A stretch of 64,000 nucleotides of DNA from a virus. Numbering within the stretch: the first letter of the stretch is position 1; every line of letters begins with the position of its first letter. The notes under the pieces were generated by a model that was not told the DNA's origin, ran no database searches, and worked only from the letters and a program-made list of their open reading frames with translations. The translations under genes were made by a program, and so were the position numbers. Location: the IMG/VR virus record IMGVR_UViG_3300027741_000053, positions 7,669-71,668 of that record; one strand, 5' to 3'. Shown here in pieces: positions 29,901-36,415 of this stretch.

Positions 29901-30003
29901 TTTCCCCTGTATCGGGGTTTTTTGCTATTTGTGATGGTGGGACCCACTCTCCGTTAACCTGAAATAGAACTTCGCCCGTTGTCGGGTTGTAAGCACGTTC
30001 CAT
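17893..30003 (-). CDS. 4036-aa polyvalent DarB-like virion protein: N6-adenine MTase, Strawberry-notch-type SF2 helicase, zincin-like peptidase, ART-like domain, LPD38-like C-terminus
   Basis: EPTAGNG/NPPF (~26430); GDQTGIGKGR (~25350); DESH (~24900); QMLGRVHRTGQ; HELAGHYGLR (~21800); FYHAT...FSP...PVYL...GYDGIIF...E (~20900-21350). Confidence 0.8.
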   Translation of the reverse strand: MERAYNPTTGEVLFQVNGEWVPPSQIAKNPDTGEMAYEVNGQWEIVPALKEKAPKAEMPSLGFGEEDIKKAQQQLREQPVIGLPRKAPAPPPPAPPQEVKGLGALMENVPKRAPLPSATLPVSETERRRVTTAWENATPEQRKLLESAPGYVGVITKELAQAYPKEVPKGALAMVDPRREAREEILRRKGYSKDVANYLTNVGIASGVKPGEEEAALFPGKVEKTDVNFDIARTFAKPGLNNPIARGVTKGALALGKASLGVNQAIADGLGLEDTGKDMVRYANKVRGTEEGLGEKGTFLERNLEGAISSIAQQAPSMFGGAITGRAAISLGSMIVNSFGQEYSDGRAKGLDGVEASARAALYAALEGIGERFGIKGNLSALKKIADGMPLDAAKEFLSNTLKKELPGELFTTTGQFVTDLAPGIGLNPNATFKDYLGAVGDTVAQTIMQGGIMSGASAGLAKLQERGPSEKLQYAEAEGAKDRAIRAWEDAFAPLKSREPKLGELTPSTKREPTIGQTQPANKVEPSLPQEEPPKVEAPTAEPKLGIVEEEEVAPLPSIKEAFQGAAKGMTDNLYQGIFDAQQKGETKVSGIEEPVLIAAKEAGITFNTPEEVRAFANDPQVQVRLKEINVEQQVRRMVQNGQTVGQIQQKLPNVDVLKMLGVVDQLPVGNNVEYHIVKTPTGYVANMFDVDSGNYVPGSARIFPTKNFGDEAEVKAREFAQEQIEKAKPFQTPEEKKNEPNNVKVEEVPKTETPEQEISRIRETLKNPNIGIKQRDELEARLDELEAKPEEKPTEELKTETPEEPKAPATEPLTEDELSKMFDELSEEAPEEAPEQLTPQHFSEEQLDAMFEEIAAGNPPPKVEPAAPKEAKTPTVPGLLGSAAKETGTGLAKSIDALGELFGAGDTTTLRSGIGFDEETYAKAKPIFLEAISHLKQAASDIRQAMKMIIDMVKAKFGQPVLERMKKYVIRFIQDVQSGAVKTEKQEEKVEEKEAKPDLLTPEGKFQVAQELADYLIGDGSFKTIVEARQKIGEITGQKIEPGTELAKQADETVETAIVLAAREIIKAGRKRGNQVVYDRLVGLLNRQPNLATRSSESIRDQAYSTPVPLAYLASELAGVTPESKVLEPTAGNGMLLIGASVNNAIANELNPTRAAMMRALGFTVTTQNAATNELAASKSQDVVIANPPFGAVKDENGKTISFTVKEGYSTNEIDHAIAFKALETMKDKGRAVLIVGGVLPTSDEGRTEAYRGAAKRAFYYNLYNQYNIVDHFTVAGDLYTKQGASYPVDVIVIEGRGESERALPAAELPKIYNSWDELKEKLNGRVVSTRNERPAGTPSGENQAGAGNGEGVAGGTGGQGTGTGGEGGTKGVTPSEQGAGPAGGRPGGRGAKPSTGELEPTGVPKGVGNRQEGVPGEGGVQSGGTEGAAGNGPAGVGGPSGSTGERVGSKLTDRRGAETETATQVEYVPRSNASSVGTLSPVAMQQATQEALDRIVEQQGDIDNYVAEALEMEPEDLRLNFSAEQVDALALAISNAQAGKGFIIGDQTGIGKGRVVAAMIKYALVNDKIPIFVTEKPNLYADMIRDLDDIGMTNELGLDQKTTKIFMTNSKDSVPYTIVREINGEVTETNFTLKAPAKGKDLNDLMAQMQIDNSLGNPPFYKVIFTTYSQLQAVRKATTERQRFINHFAAGNYIILDESHNAGGAGEAKGKKGEEKEEITGRAGFVRGLVQRSFGSFFSSATYAKRPDVMSLYSSTNMSLAVDNPSQLGEAIKNGGVPMQQAVATMLTKDGQYIRRERTFAGVSYDTVPAEVDKVTAENMASAMRSILAFSRAKEGLIREIQKDLDKKGEVAGQAGERTTVQSANFGSIMHNLIDQMLLALKVQQAVKQAIDLIKAGEKPVLTVSNTMGSFLADYAEEMGLRVGDPVSMSFKDMYMRYLKKQRIIKIKSPNGQVTEHYLSDQELGPTLTEAYNRVADQIEKAGFGSAPISPIDYIKNELEKVKITDIDGKERNVKVDEITGREVTVNYGGDTPVLGSRSSSIRNRVNAVRGFNNGTIDALILNQAGSTGLSLHASSKVKDKKKRHMIIVQAEKNIDTHMQMLGRVHRTGQVIAPAYSQMMADIPAEMRPASVLMKKMASLNANTTASRKSAVTAEGVVDFMNDYGGQVAQEFLRDNPEIHNKLGGQKILPLDEDPTEADEGDIRKLTGYIPILPIEEQEKIYTDLISRYNELIASEDSLGTNKLEAKSLDLDAKTLSFEPITEQKEDLSLFAAPAIMERIDVKRTVKPYSSDEVRQLVKDRLNGEQPVAIARAQEQDMRERAREYYRKVTEKLQSQENPDPVKIQAAQDVISASVNKTVAVLQNYRIGTQVTITDKLGQKLFGVITNVTNSKRTENPAAGSDWKINIAVSNGEDKTLPLNFSQIGTKYELAAESTVMWYNPETQQAEDIPVIQTFDKGATVRREKRWLVSGNLLAGFAKFPGQIISYTKEDGTTGQGILMSRQFDWAKVKENTPVEFANPREIMEFLNSSALSEVGTPDKHLLIKKRGNRYIFSASKPKRSGGQYHQDRNLTDLLGNGFYGSGAYLTSTVYQDEQFINGINYLVQKGVQLIATSNQKGAREAREQKLKGSAPSGSLSQNAQNMYMSGRRSSKKMSKADIDKMIQPVRERGQVPEIVVVQKIDSLPENILNEMRASGMELAPGLFHQDSNRIFLIADNIAHPQALWMTVAHELAGHYGLRAVLGEDYAPMMNAIYDGSEEVRKNVDARLQRNRDQVKNPNLWMTKEEAVEEYVAEKAEKDPKLKWVNRLVNAIKTFLRKIGFTIPVGDSEVIRLIRDANKYTYGDAVRASWTVREAAKGREKGFARGAVRASEDAFKKWFKNSKAIDDDGEPMTFYHATKQDFTEFKPGGFDPTLSGPAIWFSPYKDVQPAAHNLGTKVEGTRVMPVYLSIQSPLMIDDAGMLDYAREVFANGSSEFPQLISAKTIKELKEAGYDGIIFDGENLGWGKNTNEWIVFDPTQIKSVFNRGTFSPNEKNIMYRQDDEDLIDKYNRPNVPMLQTNPVKDWVIDAKKASTELFRDAVNDPQWALGKIFNSAENAVLYLRNKFIWFGAGLNARDFERYKGALQDSHGLVIASVALDNAISSGNIGVQVVMQGGLKFDNTHKRFVATETPLGMVGVYKAQAELKKKLGDQLGENIIQGYLEAKRSKSIKDEYAVREQEYKDAVVAYNQSLNNPDPAIQLRAKEAMDEAEADLKSIKVALDKVNMSDEEIQEFIARDQEHPELQRIMSNWTAVNQNLLKVWKQVGLLSDKRYDVLSQIPDYVPWYRIMSEDEDVHSPIQSTTKTLQNIGREKIFKEGKSRIVTVFTAEANQKAFEIQPSSQVSVKVNGKNVPASKVSSTPDGQVTLNMALRAGDQVVITANREIENIIDNMTQNVMRMTMNAVRQYAASRIVSEYGTRNAKGQIRQFESVDPKAGKFYFVNKGRRIIVQIQDPLVAEAIFGMKTLDIELFKPLVAVANLTRRLITISPTFQLKQIFQDAPTAALVSGVKNPAALMGGVFNGFVQSLRPNDPIVEILRSSGIGGFYSPARTPEAEVKRRIGVLNNNVFDYVLRGLDHWGDASDMAQRRAIYIRVLKETGDANLALYQAANVINFLRRGSGRLAQAVTKTVPFMAAYANQIDVLAQTLLTGGLKGMDRLTALARLAKTGTLLMGITLLYCFAVGDDEEYLKLDDQTRLRNFIIPGTNFVIPMNTAAAYFFKAIPEMFYNAVVKYGTDNEVDGRRLREALSQAAMDLLLGPNPLPSGVKTVIEIGLNKDFWSGKDIVPKRLEKVLAEEQYTAATSELGKTLSKLSNGALNPMQMDHIVKSTFGSAGALAQYFTNLIGEASGERPETPLKQTPLVGPFVRPEVPRGREELFYDLKDEVDTAYNTLRLKFIRQKDQSAEEFREKNAGLIALYKKINKVDEKLQNINQAIRLKGESTDKDVSAKEKREDMVEMMKAKNDLLDGVETLRREAGFSEDDSIMSLIGAIRQ
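25641..26027 (-). CDS. Probable overprinted 128-aa gene nested out of frame in the giant ORF
   Basis: AAGGAG RBS 7 nt before ATG; helical, protein-like sequence; the main frame here is a low-complexity Gly-rich linker. Confidence 0.6.
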   Translation of the reverse strand: MVAWSPQGMSAPLELLAVRIKPGPVTEREWLEALADRVQELAEKAGPKASRLASKALDLPGGDPEDAGQNLVLGNWNLQEFLRASVIDKKVFPAKAEYNPEALKALQETDLLEWVDLAAAQVSGSDLS

Positions 30004-30012
30004 TACAAACCT

Positions 30013-31356
30013 TTATCTAACTAATTGAAAGCCGGGGGGGAGTTGTCCACTGCTTTGCGGTTTAAATCCAGATGGCGGAGGTGCTGACTGTCCGGGTTTT
30101 AAAATACTTGCATAGTCTTTGAGACCTTCTTTCATTAACTGTTCTTTTGCTTTTGCTCGCCCAACTTGCTTGATTAATTTCTTAGCCTCAGTATCAGTAA
30201 AGTCATTTAGCCGTTCTTCAGCTTTTGTTGCAACATCTTTGATGATTAGTCGTTGTTGTTCGGCTTCTCTTGTTAATTGAGCTTCACGGCGAGATGCTGC
30301 TTCAGTCGCTGCTCTTTCTGCGTCAGTCTTTGCTCTTTCGGATGCAGTTCCTGCTTGACTAGCACTGGCCATAGCTCCTGTTTGTGCAGCAGCAGCCGAC
30401 ATTGCTCGAGGCCCAAGAGCCGCTGACATTTCTACATACGTTTTTGCAGCTTCTGCGGCTATTACCTTCGTACTTCTAGGATCTCCGGCTTCTTGTGCGG
30501 CTGCAACTTGTAGTCTAACAAATGCATTTAAGTTTCCTGATGCAACCGCCTTCTCCATTGCGGCTTGAAGAGTAGCTTCATTTGAATACAATTTTTCTGC
30601 AAGTGTAACCGCTGCAACACCTTCTTGTCTTTTGCTCTTAGCCAAGTCAGCTCTTTCTTTTGCATAAGCCAACTGGTTCTTTTTCATTTCCTTCAAGCCT
30701 TCATCATAAGACTTGGCGGCTTCGCTCAATCCTTCTCCAATAGCAACCCCTGCGTGTTGCGATCCACTTGCAAGGCCCTTCAACCCGCCTCTCAAAAGAC
30801 TCATCCACAACATCTGCTGTTTGTCCATATCTGGCTTACTTAGCATTGCTGCTAAGTCTTTTTCTGCTTGTGTCTCGGTTTGATATTCTCTTAAAGCCTC
30901 TTTTGATTGCCTTAATGATCGTTCAAAGCTTGGAGTTTGTGAGTTTGACGAAGTAGTTGGCTCGATTGCACCAACTTCTGGAGGCAAAACTGGATCTGTT
31001 CTTACAAGCTGGCCCTCTTCCCCTTCACCTGCATATCCAACAATCCCGCCGCCTCGATAGTTCTGCGGCTGAAACATCCCTTGAGTTGGTATGGCTGGCA
31101 ATCCTTGTTGCTCTTGTTGAGCATTAACTTGCATCGCCTGATCCATGACCGTGGGCGGTCTTTGTTGTTGCATAGCCTGAACTTGCGCGGCCTGTTGAGC
31201 CATCCGCGCTTTCTCACTAATAATCACAGGCACAACATCAGCAGGAATCTGACCCATCTGGGCCATCTTCATGATCTCTTGTTGAGGCAACTGAGAAAGC
31301 TCTTGAACAGATTTTTGCCCAGCTTTCTGTACACGGATTGCGTCTAATATACCCAT
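30013..31356 (-). CDS. Putative internal virion/ejection protein
   Basis: Gln/Ala-rich helical sequence; YRGGGIV motif; immediately upstream of the giant protein. Confidence 0.6.
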   Translation of the reverse strand: MGILDAIRVQKAGQKSVQELSQLPQQEIMKMAQMGQIPADVVPVIISEKARMAQQAAQVQAMQQQRPPTVMDQAMQVNAQQEQQGLPAIPTQGMFQPQNYRGGGIVGYAGEGEEGQLVRTDPVLPPEVGAIEPTTSSNSQTPSFERSLRQSKEALREYQTETQAEKDLAAMLSKPDMDKQQMLWMSLLRGGLKGLASGSQHAGVAIGEGLSEAAKSYDEGLKEMKKNQLAYAKERADLAKSKRQEGVAAVTLAEKLYSNEATLQAAMEKAVASGNLNAFVRLQVAAAQEAGDPRSTKVIAAEAAKTYVEMSAALGPRAMSAAAAQTGAMASASQAGTASERAKTDAERAATEAASRREAQLTREAEQQRLIIKDVATKAEERLNDFTDTEAKKLIKQVGRAKAKEQLMKEGLKDYASILKPGQSAPPPSGFKPQSSGQLPPGFQLVR

Positions 31357-31369
31357 GACTTACTCAAGG

Positions 31370-32482
31370 TTATTTTGGTTGCATCAAATTATATAGCGAC
31401 AAACCAGATATTCCCGCGTTTGCCAACTGCCCCATCAAACTTGGGGGCGACGTTAACTGCGTTGAATTGTAAACAGTGCTGTTTACTGGAGTTCCTCTAA
31501 GAATAGAAGACATTCCTGAAATTTGTTCTTCTGGGAATTTTATTTGTCTTAAAACGTCTTCATATCGAGCATCAAGTCTTTGCTGATTTAGAGACCGTTC
31601 AAGATCCCCTTGGGCTCCAGCCATCTTCATTCGGTCAATGTCAGTCGCCTGTTGCGCCGTTCCTAATTGGCCAGCTTGAGCAGCCATGTTCCCAAGTCCT
31701 CTAGCTGCCTCTGCTCTTTGAGCAGCAGCTTGAAGTCCGGCTTTTTGATTTAACTCTTGAGCCGTCATGTTTTGAGTAGAGCCTAACTGCTGAACACCAA
31801 GAGCTGCGTTTAGGTTTTGTTTATTAACATCTGCTTGCGCCGCACGGTCGCGCTCAAACTGTTGTTGGGCTTGAGCAAATGCATTTTGGTAACCAGTACC
31901 AATTGCCTGATTCATTTGTCGGGCAGTTTCTGCATTTGCCTGAGCGGCACCAATTGCCTGCCTTCCTCCGCCAAACGCACCAGAACCGGCAAATTTTGCT
32001 CCTATTGCTTGCTGGTCAATTGCATTTTGTCTTTGTAATGCCTGTAACTGTGGATTTAAAGCAGCTTGAACAAACGGACTCATGTACTGATTTGCTTGAT
32101 CAGATCCAAAAGTCTGAGCATTTCCAAGCTGGAACGTTTGTAAATCAGGAGCATTAACAGTTGCTGCTTGTTGGTTTGTTAGATTTGTTAATGTTTGTCC
32201 GCCAGTATTAATAAATCCATTAGCAGTATTAAACTGATCCGGCCTTTGCATGTTCCGTATTTGCTGGCCAAGATTAACTTGATCTGGAGTTAAACCGGCA
32301 ACCCTTCCGGCACCCATAAGGCCAGAATCTTCTAATGGCTTAAAAGTATCAGCATAAGATCTACTAAATACTGATTGTGCTGTTGGCAACAATCCCGGAG
32401 ATGTAGTCGTACCAATAAAATACGGTTGTAGCTCTTCCGGTATTGTTGCGCTACTGGTGCCGGTTGTGGTGGTAGTTGCCAT
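31370..32482 (-). CDS. Putative DNA ejection/pilot protein
   Basis: Gln/Ala/Gly-rich; YMSPFVQ and GAFGGGRQ motifs; position. Confidence 0.65.
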   Translation of the reverse strand: MATTTTTGTSSATIPEELQPYFIGTTTSPGLLPTAQSVFSRSYADTFKPLEDSGLMGAGRVAGLTPDQVNLGQQIRNMQRPDQFNTANGFINTGGQTLTNLTNQQAATVNAPDLQTFQLGNAQTFGSDQANQYMSPFVQAALNPQLQALQRQNAIDQQAIGAKFAGSGAFGGGRQAIGAAQANAETARQMNQAIGTGYQNAFAQAQQQFERDRAAQADVNKQNLNAALGVQQLGSTQNMTAQELNQKAGLQAAAQRAEAARGLGNMAAQAGQLGTAQQATDIDRMKMAGAQGDLERSLNQQRLDARYEDVLRQIKFPEEQISGMSSILRGTPVNSTVYNSTQLTSPPSLMGQLANAGISGLSLYNLMQPK

Positions 32483-32491
32483 TTTTAATCC

Positions 32492-33403
32492 TTAAACAGG
32501 CATCATACGATGTGCATTAATTTGCCTGCCTTGCTTGGCAGATCCAGTGCGAGCCCTTCTTACGCGATCCATCATGGCGTAAAGTTGTTGGGCTCCGGCT
32601 TTGCTAGACCCGTTTCCAAGATGACTGACTACATCCGCAGGGATCACAAACTCCCCGTCAGTCAGTCTTGCTGGGCGATTCCCATCTATATTAGCAGGAA
32701 TTGAATCGCTCATGCCGTCTCCCGGCCCACTAACAAATCGAGGGATTGACCCGCCATGAGCAAGCTTATACGGATTTGCATTCATTGCTCTGGTTGCACT
32801 TTCTTTCGCTGCTGCGATTTGAGCTTTCTTTTTTGCATACAAATCGTCGCTAATTTTGTTTTCTGCTTTTAGTTGTTCAAGATACTTTTCTTGTTCGTCT
32901 AATGCAGCCAAGCCAGTAACACCCATGTACCCTGCAGTCAGCGCACCCCTTCCGGCTTCTTCACCTAGAGCAGCTTTTGCACCTTCAGACAAAACTGGAT
33001 TGCCAGACATCAAATTGGATGCACCAGATATTGCCCTGCCAGCTTCTTCCGAAAGACCCGCAGGTGCAGCCGATCCTCCAGCAGCCTGAAGCCCCTGATA
33101 ACCAGCGCTTAATCCATAAGTAGTTAACCCGCTCATCAAACCCTGTTTGAGATTTGGACGACCGTTGGCAAATGTTCCAGCCACCCCAGACAAAGCAGCT
33201 CGACCCATTGGACTAGCTAATGCGGAGCCCAAATCTCCAAGCCCAGCAAAAGCCGCACCCGGAATAAACGGAATAACATATGGAGCTACTTTACCTGCTT
33301 CTTTTGCCGCACCAGATAATGTATCATATACACCACTTAAACCAACCTGCTCCGCAGCTTTTTTAATTGGCTTTGTATATGTGTTTATATTAAGCAGGTT
33401 CAT
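32492..33403 (-). CDS. Putative internal virion protein
   Basis: Hydrophobic Gly/Ala segments; GPGDGMSDSIPA...RLTDGEFVIPADVVS C-terminal motif. Confidence 0.65.
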   Translation of the reverse strand: MNLLNINTYTKPIKKAAEQVGLSGVYDTLSGAAKEAGKVAPYVIPFIPGAAFAGLGDLGSALASPMGRAALSGVAGTFANGRPNLKQGLMSGLTTYGLSAGYQGLQAAGGSAAPAGLSEEAGRAISGASNLMSGNPVLSEGAKAALGEEAGRGALTAGYMGVTGLAALDEQEKYLEQLKAENKISDDLYAKKKAQIAAAKESATRAMNANPYKLAHGGSIPRFVSGPGDGMSDSIPANIDGNRPARLTDGEFVIPADVVSHLGNGSSKAGAQQLYAMMDRVRRARTGSAKQGRQINAHRMMPV

Positions 33404-33406
33404 AGC

Positions 33407-34861
33407 TTATCCTTTCATTAATTTTTGAATATCTTCTAAAGTTACATAATTTGTATTAAGTTGTTTTCTTTCAGAAGGAGCAAGAAGATCTCTAAATTGC
33501 ATGTTGGCGTAAGCTGGAGATTGCTGTTTAATTGCTTCAGATGCTTTTGCATCTCTAGACAATGCCGCGTAATCGTATAAATCTTTTAGCCCGATATTTT
33601 GTACTGGTCCACCTTTTACTGGTTCACTAATTCCAGTTGTATTGCTGACGTCACTACTAGAATTATTTGCTGCACCTTGATTTCCACTCCCGGATAACAC
33701 TTGATCAAGCAAGTTTACGCCGCTGTAAACGCCATAAGCAGTCCCAAGCAAAGCCAATGGATTTTCCATATAGGCGGAGGCAAGATTTGATAATCCGCTT
33801 CTAAGCGTATCATTAATAGGTCTACCCATAAGGTCGTAACCTTCTGGAGCTGGGCCTATAACAGATGGGCCAGAAGCTGCGCCAGCCGAGCTAGCTGCGC
33901 CAGTTGCACCAGCCATTGCTGCAGAAACATCTGCTGGACTGGCCACGGAGGCCGCGGCATCAGCCATTGCCGCATCGTACCCTTCTAATCCAATCCTTTG
34001 ATTGACAGATGACGCAGCGTTATTCATCGCAGCGTCATATCCCTGCAATTCTTTTGAAATTGTTGGGGATTCTTCGGTTAAAGCATTTAAATCTTCTGGA
34101 GTAAGGGATGCTTCACTGCTATTAACAATTTCTGCTAATGGATCTGCTTGACCCGGAGCGCCAAACACTTGATATGGATCTGCAACTTGTAAAGAAGTCC
34201 CGGTAGATTCAAGTGCTTGTTGTCCAACTTGAACTGCTTCTTGAGCTGACGGAACCTCAAGCGCAGTATCTAATGCAGTATTTAACGATGGACCAGAAAA
34301 AGCATTAGTTAAACTATCTGTAAAAAAATCTTTTAAATTGCTATAACCCTGAAGAAATTCATTAGACGCTGCTTCGGGAATCAACCCCGCCGCTGCATCA
34401 GCCGCTGCCAGTGACTCGGCAGTAGCAGGAAAAGAACCTGCAGCATCAGCCATTGCTGCATCATAACCAGTTAATCCGGTTGTACCAGCAGCAGCAGCAT
34501 CACCAGCGGCAAGAGAACCTGCAGCATCAGCCATTGCTGCATCATAACCAGTTAATCCGGCGGCTCCAGCAGCAGCGGCGGCTGTACTACCGGACAAAGA
34601 GGCTGCAGCATCAGCCATTGCTAAATCATAACCACCTAATGCGGTTGTACCAACAGCGGCATCAAAAGCTAATGCTTCTAAAGCAAACGGAGCTGCAACT
34701 GCAGCAACAAGCAACAAAGGGTTTTCTGCAACATAGTCAACAGCATCAGATGCTGCATCTATAATTCCTTGACCTACATCACCAACCGCGTCAACTACTC
34801 CAGATACAGCATCTCCAACTGCATCAATAGCATCACTAACAAAATCTACAACGGCGCTCAT
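33407..34861 (-). CDS. Acidic Ala-rich putative virion/ejection protein with GYDAAMADAA repeats
   Basis: Amphipathic N-terminus, hydrophobic segments and about 5 repeats. Confidence 0.65.
   Translation of the reverse strand: MSAVVDFVSDAIDAVGDAVSGVVDAVGDVGQGIIDAASDAVDYVAENPLLLVAAVAAPFALEALAFDAAVGTTALGGYDLAMADAAASLSGSTAAAAAGAAGLTGYDAAMADAAGSLAAGDAAAAGTTGLTGYDAAMADAAGSFPATAESLAAADAAAGLIPEAASNEFLQGYSNLKDFFTDSLTNAFSGPSLNTALDTALEVPSAQEAVQVGQQALESTGTSLQVADPYQVFGAPGQADPLAEIVNSSEASLTPEDLNALTEESPTISKELQGYDAAMNNAASSVNQRIGLEGYDAAMADAAASVASPADVSAAMAGATGAASSAGAASGPSVIGPAPEGYDLMGRPINDTLRSGLSNLASAYMENPLALLGTAYGVYSGVNLLDQVLSGSGNQGAANNSSSDVSNTTGISEPVKGGPVQNIGLKDLYDYAALSRDAKASEAIKQQSPAYANMQFRDLLAPSERKQLNTNYVTLEDIQKLMKG
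34433..34560. repeat. 47-bp exact direct repeat (34433-34479, 34514-34560) encoding LTGYDAAMADAAGS
   Basis: Direct comparison; degenerate copies near 34603 and 33955. Confidence 0.85.
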
Positions 34862-34862
34862 G

Positions 34863-35297
34863 TTATTTCCTTTTTGGCCCTAAAACCAAAGTAACTCTAT
34901 AGCCATTTTTTGTTTTTTGTGCAACATAACCCATTCCGTCTCTGACAGGGTTTTTAGAAATTACTTTAAAAATATTTAAAATAGTTGGGTCTTTAAAGTT
35001 TGTAACAACAACATCAAAGCCAACTTTATAAGCTGAATCTGCAAATACCCTGCTGTTTTCTAAAAAGTTTTTTGCCGTATCTGCATTTAATGCTCTAAAC
35101 CAACCATATCCCGGTTGATCGCTTTTGTGAACAACAAAAATTGTATTTCCATTTCTCATCTTCCAAGTGTTAGCCATATTAAGTTCAATGGTTAACATTT
35201 GTTTAATTTCGTTTATTGGGCGCTGCACGCCAGTGTTCATGGCTGCAATCTCAATAATTTGCGCGCTTGTTAACTTTTTTTGTTTGCTGTCAATCAT
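34863..35297 (-). CDS. Hypothetical 144-aa protein, candidate acyltransferase (GNAT-like position)
   Basis: ATGA-coupled to the ketosynthase; alpha/beta pattern; function inferred from context only. Confidence 0.5.
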   Translation of the reverse strand: MIDSKQKKLTSAQIIEIAAMNTGVQRPINEIKQMLTIELNMANTWKMRNGNTIFVVHKSDQPGYGWFRALNADTAKNFLENSRVFADSAYKVGFDVVVTNFKDPTILNIFKVISKNPVRDGMGYVAQKTKNGYRVTLVLGPKRK

Positions 35298-36415
35298 GAC
35301 AAATTCTCGAAAATTGTTGCAACATAAATGTTCCCCATCCCTGCGGCAAGACTAAGAATCAATCCGTCAGGCTTTGGCTCTGGCTTTGAAAGAAACACGC
35401 TGTCTTCTTCAGTGCGGTTTAAAATTTCTGGGACAAACCCAGACTTCAAATCCTCTAACAACAAGCAAGTTTCAAGCAACCCGCTTGGCCCAAGTGTGTG
35501 GCCGATCCTTTGTTTGTACGATGTTGCAACAAAGTTAGGAATGCCAGAGTTTAGCAACGCGGCTTTCTCTGCCTTGTTGTTCGACAGCGTTCCAGTGCCA
35601 TGAGCCTTAACAATGTTAATGTCGTTCTTGTTTGTTTTACTATACCAACACGCACCGTTTATTACATTGACAAAACCTTCTCCGTCTTCGCACTGCCCTA
35701 TTGCGTTTGTCGACTGTTCCCCAGCGGCATAAGACCCAACAATCCTAGCCTTTGGAGTAAGCTGTAACTTTGTTACGGCTTTTTCTGAGTGAAAAACAGC
35801 AAACACCGCGCCCTGCCCAACATAAAACCCTTTGTTTAAACCGTCAAAAGCCGAAGGCTTTACGTTGTTTTGCGTTTCGTCTTTGATTGTTAAAGAGGCC
35901 CCGCATTCTCCAAAAAACTCTAGAACAACATCAGAGATTGCGTCTTCAACAGAAACAACAATTACCCTGTCAAAATCATAATTTTTAATTAAGTTTTCAA
36001 CATCCATCATAACTTTTAAGCTGCTTGCACATGCGCTCGCATCGGTCTGAGTCATGTTTATTGAGCCGCAGCTTTGAGACATTCTTCCACAATAAATGTG
36101 AGACAATGAAAACGGAAGAAACCTGTATTTGAACGTTAGTTGACTATTATATGGTCTATTGCTAGATCCAGACAAACTTGAATTGCCCGCAGCAAAAATA
36201 AACGCGGTCTTGCCGTCTACTGGATTCTCCCTGAGCCACTTTGTTATGGCCTCATCCATAACTTTTTCTGCCATGCGATGTACCGGCGAAAACATCCCGG
36301 TCTTTACGCGCTTATAAGTTTCTGGAAACCAGTGAACTTTTTGCGGATAAATAATATCTGTAAGCTCTTCTACATATGAAGTAGAAGCCGTATTAAAGTG
36401 AGTCAAATAGATCAC
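35294..36415 (-). CDS. Beta-ketoacyl-ACP synthase (FabB/FabF-like ketosynthase)
   Basis: SAC129ASS, AFD...GFYVGQGA, AH272GTGTLSN, K301QRIGH306TLG, terminal AAGMGN loop. Confidence 0.9.
   Translation of the reverse strand: MIYLTHFNTASTSYVEELTDIIYPQKVHWFPETYKRVKTGMFSPVHRMAEKVMDEAITKWLRENPVDGKTAFIFAAGNSSLSGSSNRPYNSQLTFKYRFLPFSLSHIYCGRMSQSCGSINMTQTDASACASSLKVMMDVENLIKNYDFDRVIVVSVEDAISDVVLEFFGECGASLTIKDETQNNVKPSAFDGLNKGFYVGQGAVFAVFHSEKAVTKLQLTPKARIVGSYAAGEQSTNAIGQCEDGEGFVNVINGACWYSKTNKNDINIVKAHGTGTLSNNKAEKAALLNSGIPNFVATSYKQRIGHTLGPSGLLETCLLLEDLKSGFVPEILNRTEEDSVFLSKPEPKPDGLILSLAAGMGNIYVATIFENLS

Noticed and set aside
34433-34640. CRISPR-like or DGR template/variable repeats
   Set aside because: These are in-frame coding repeats in one ORF, and no reverse transcriptase was seen in the genome.
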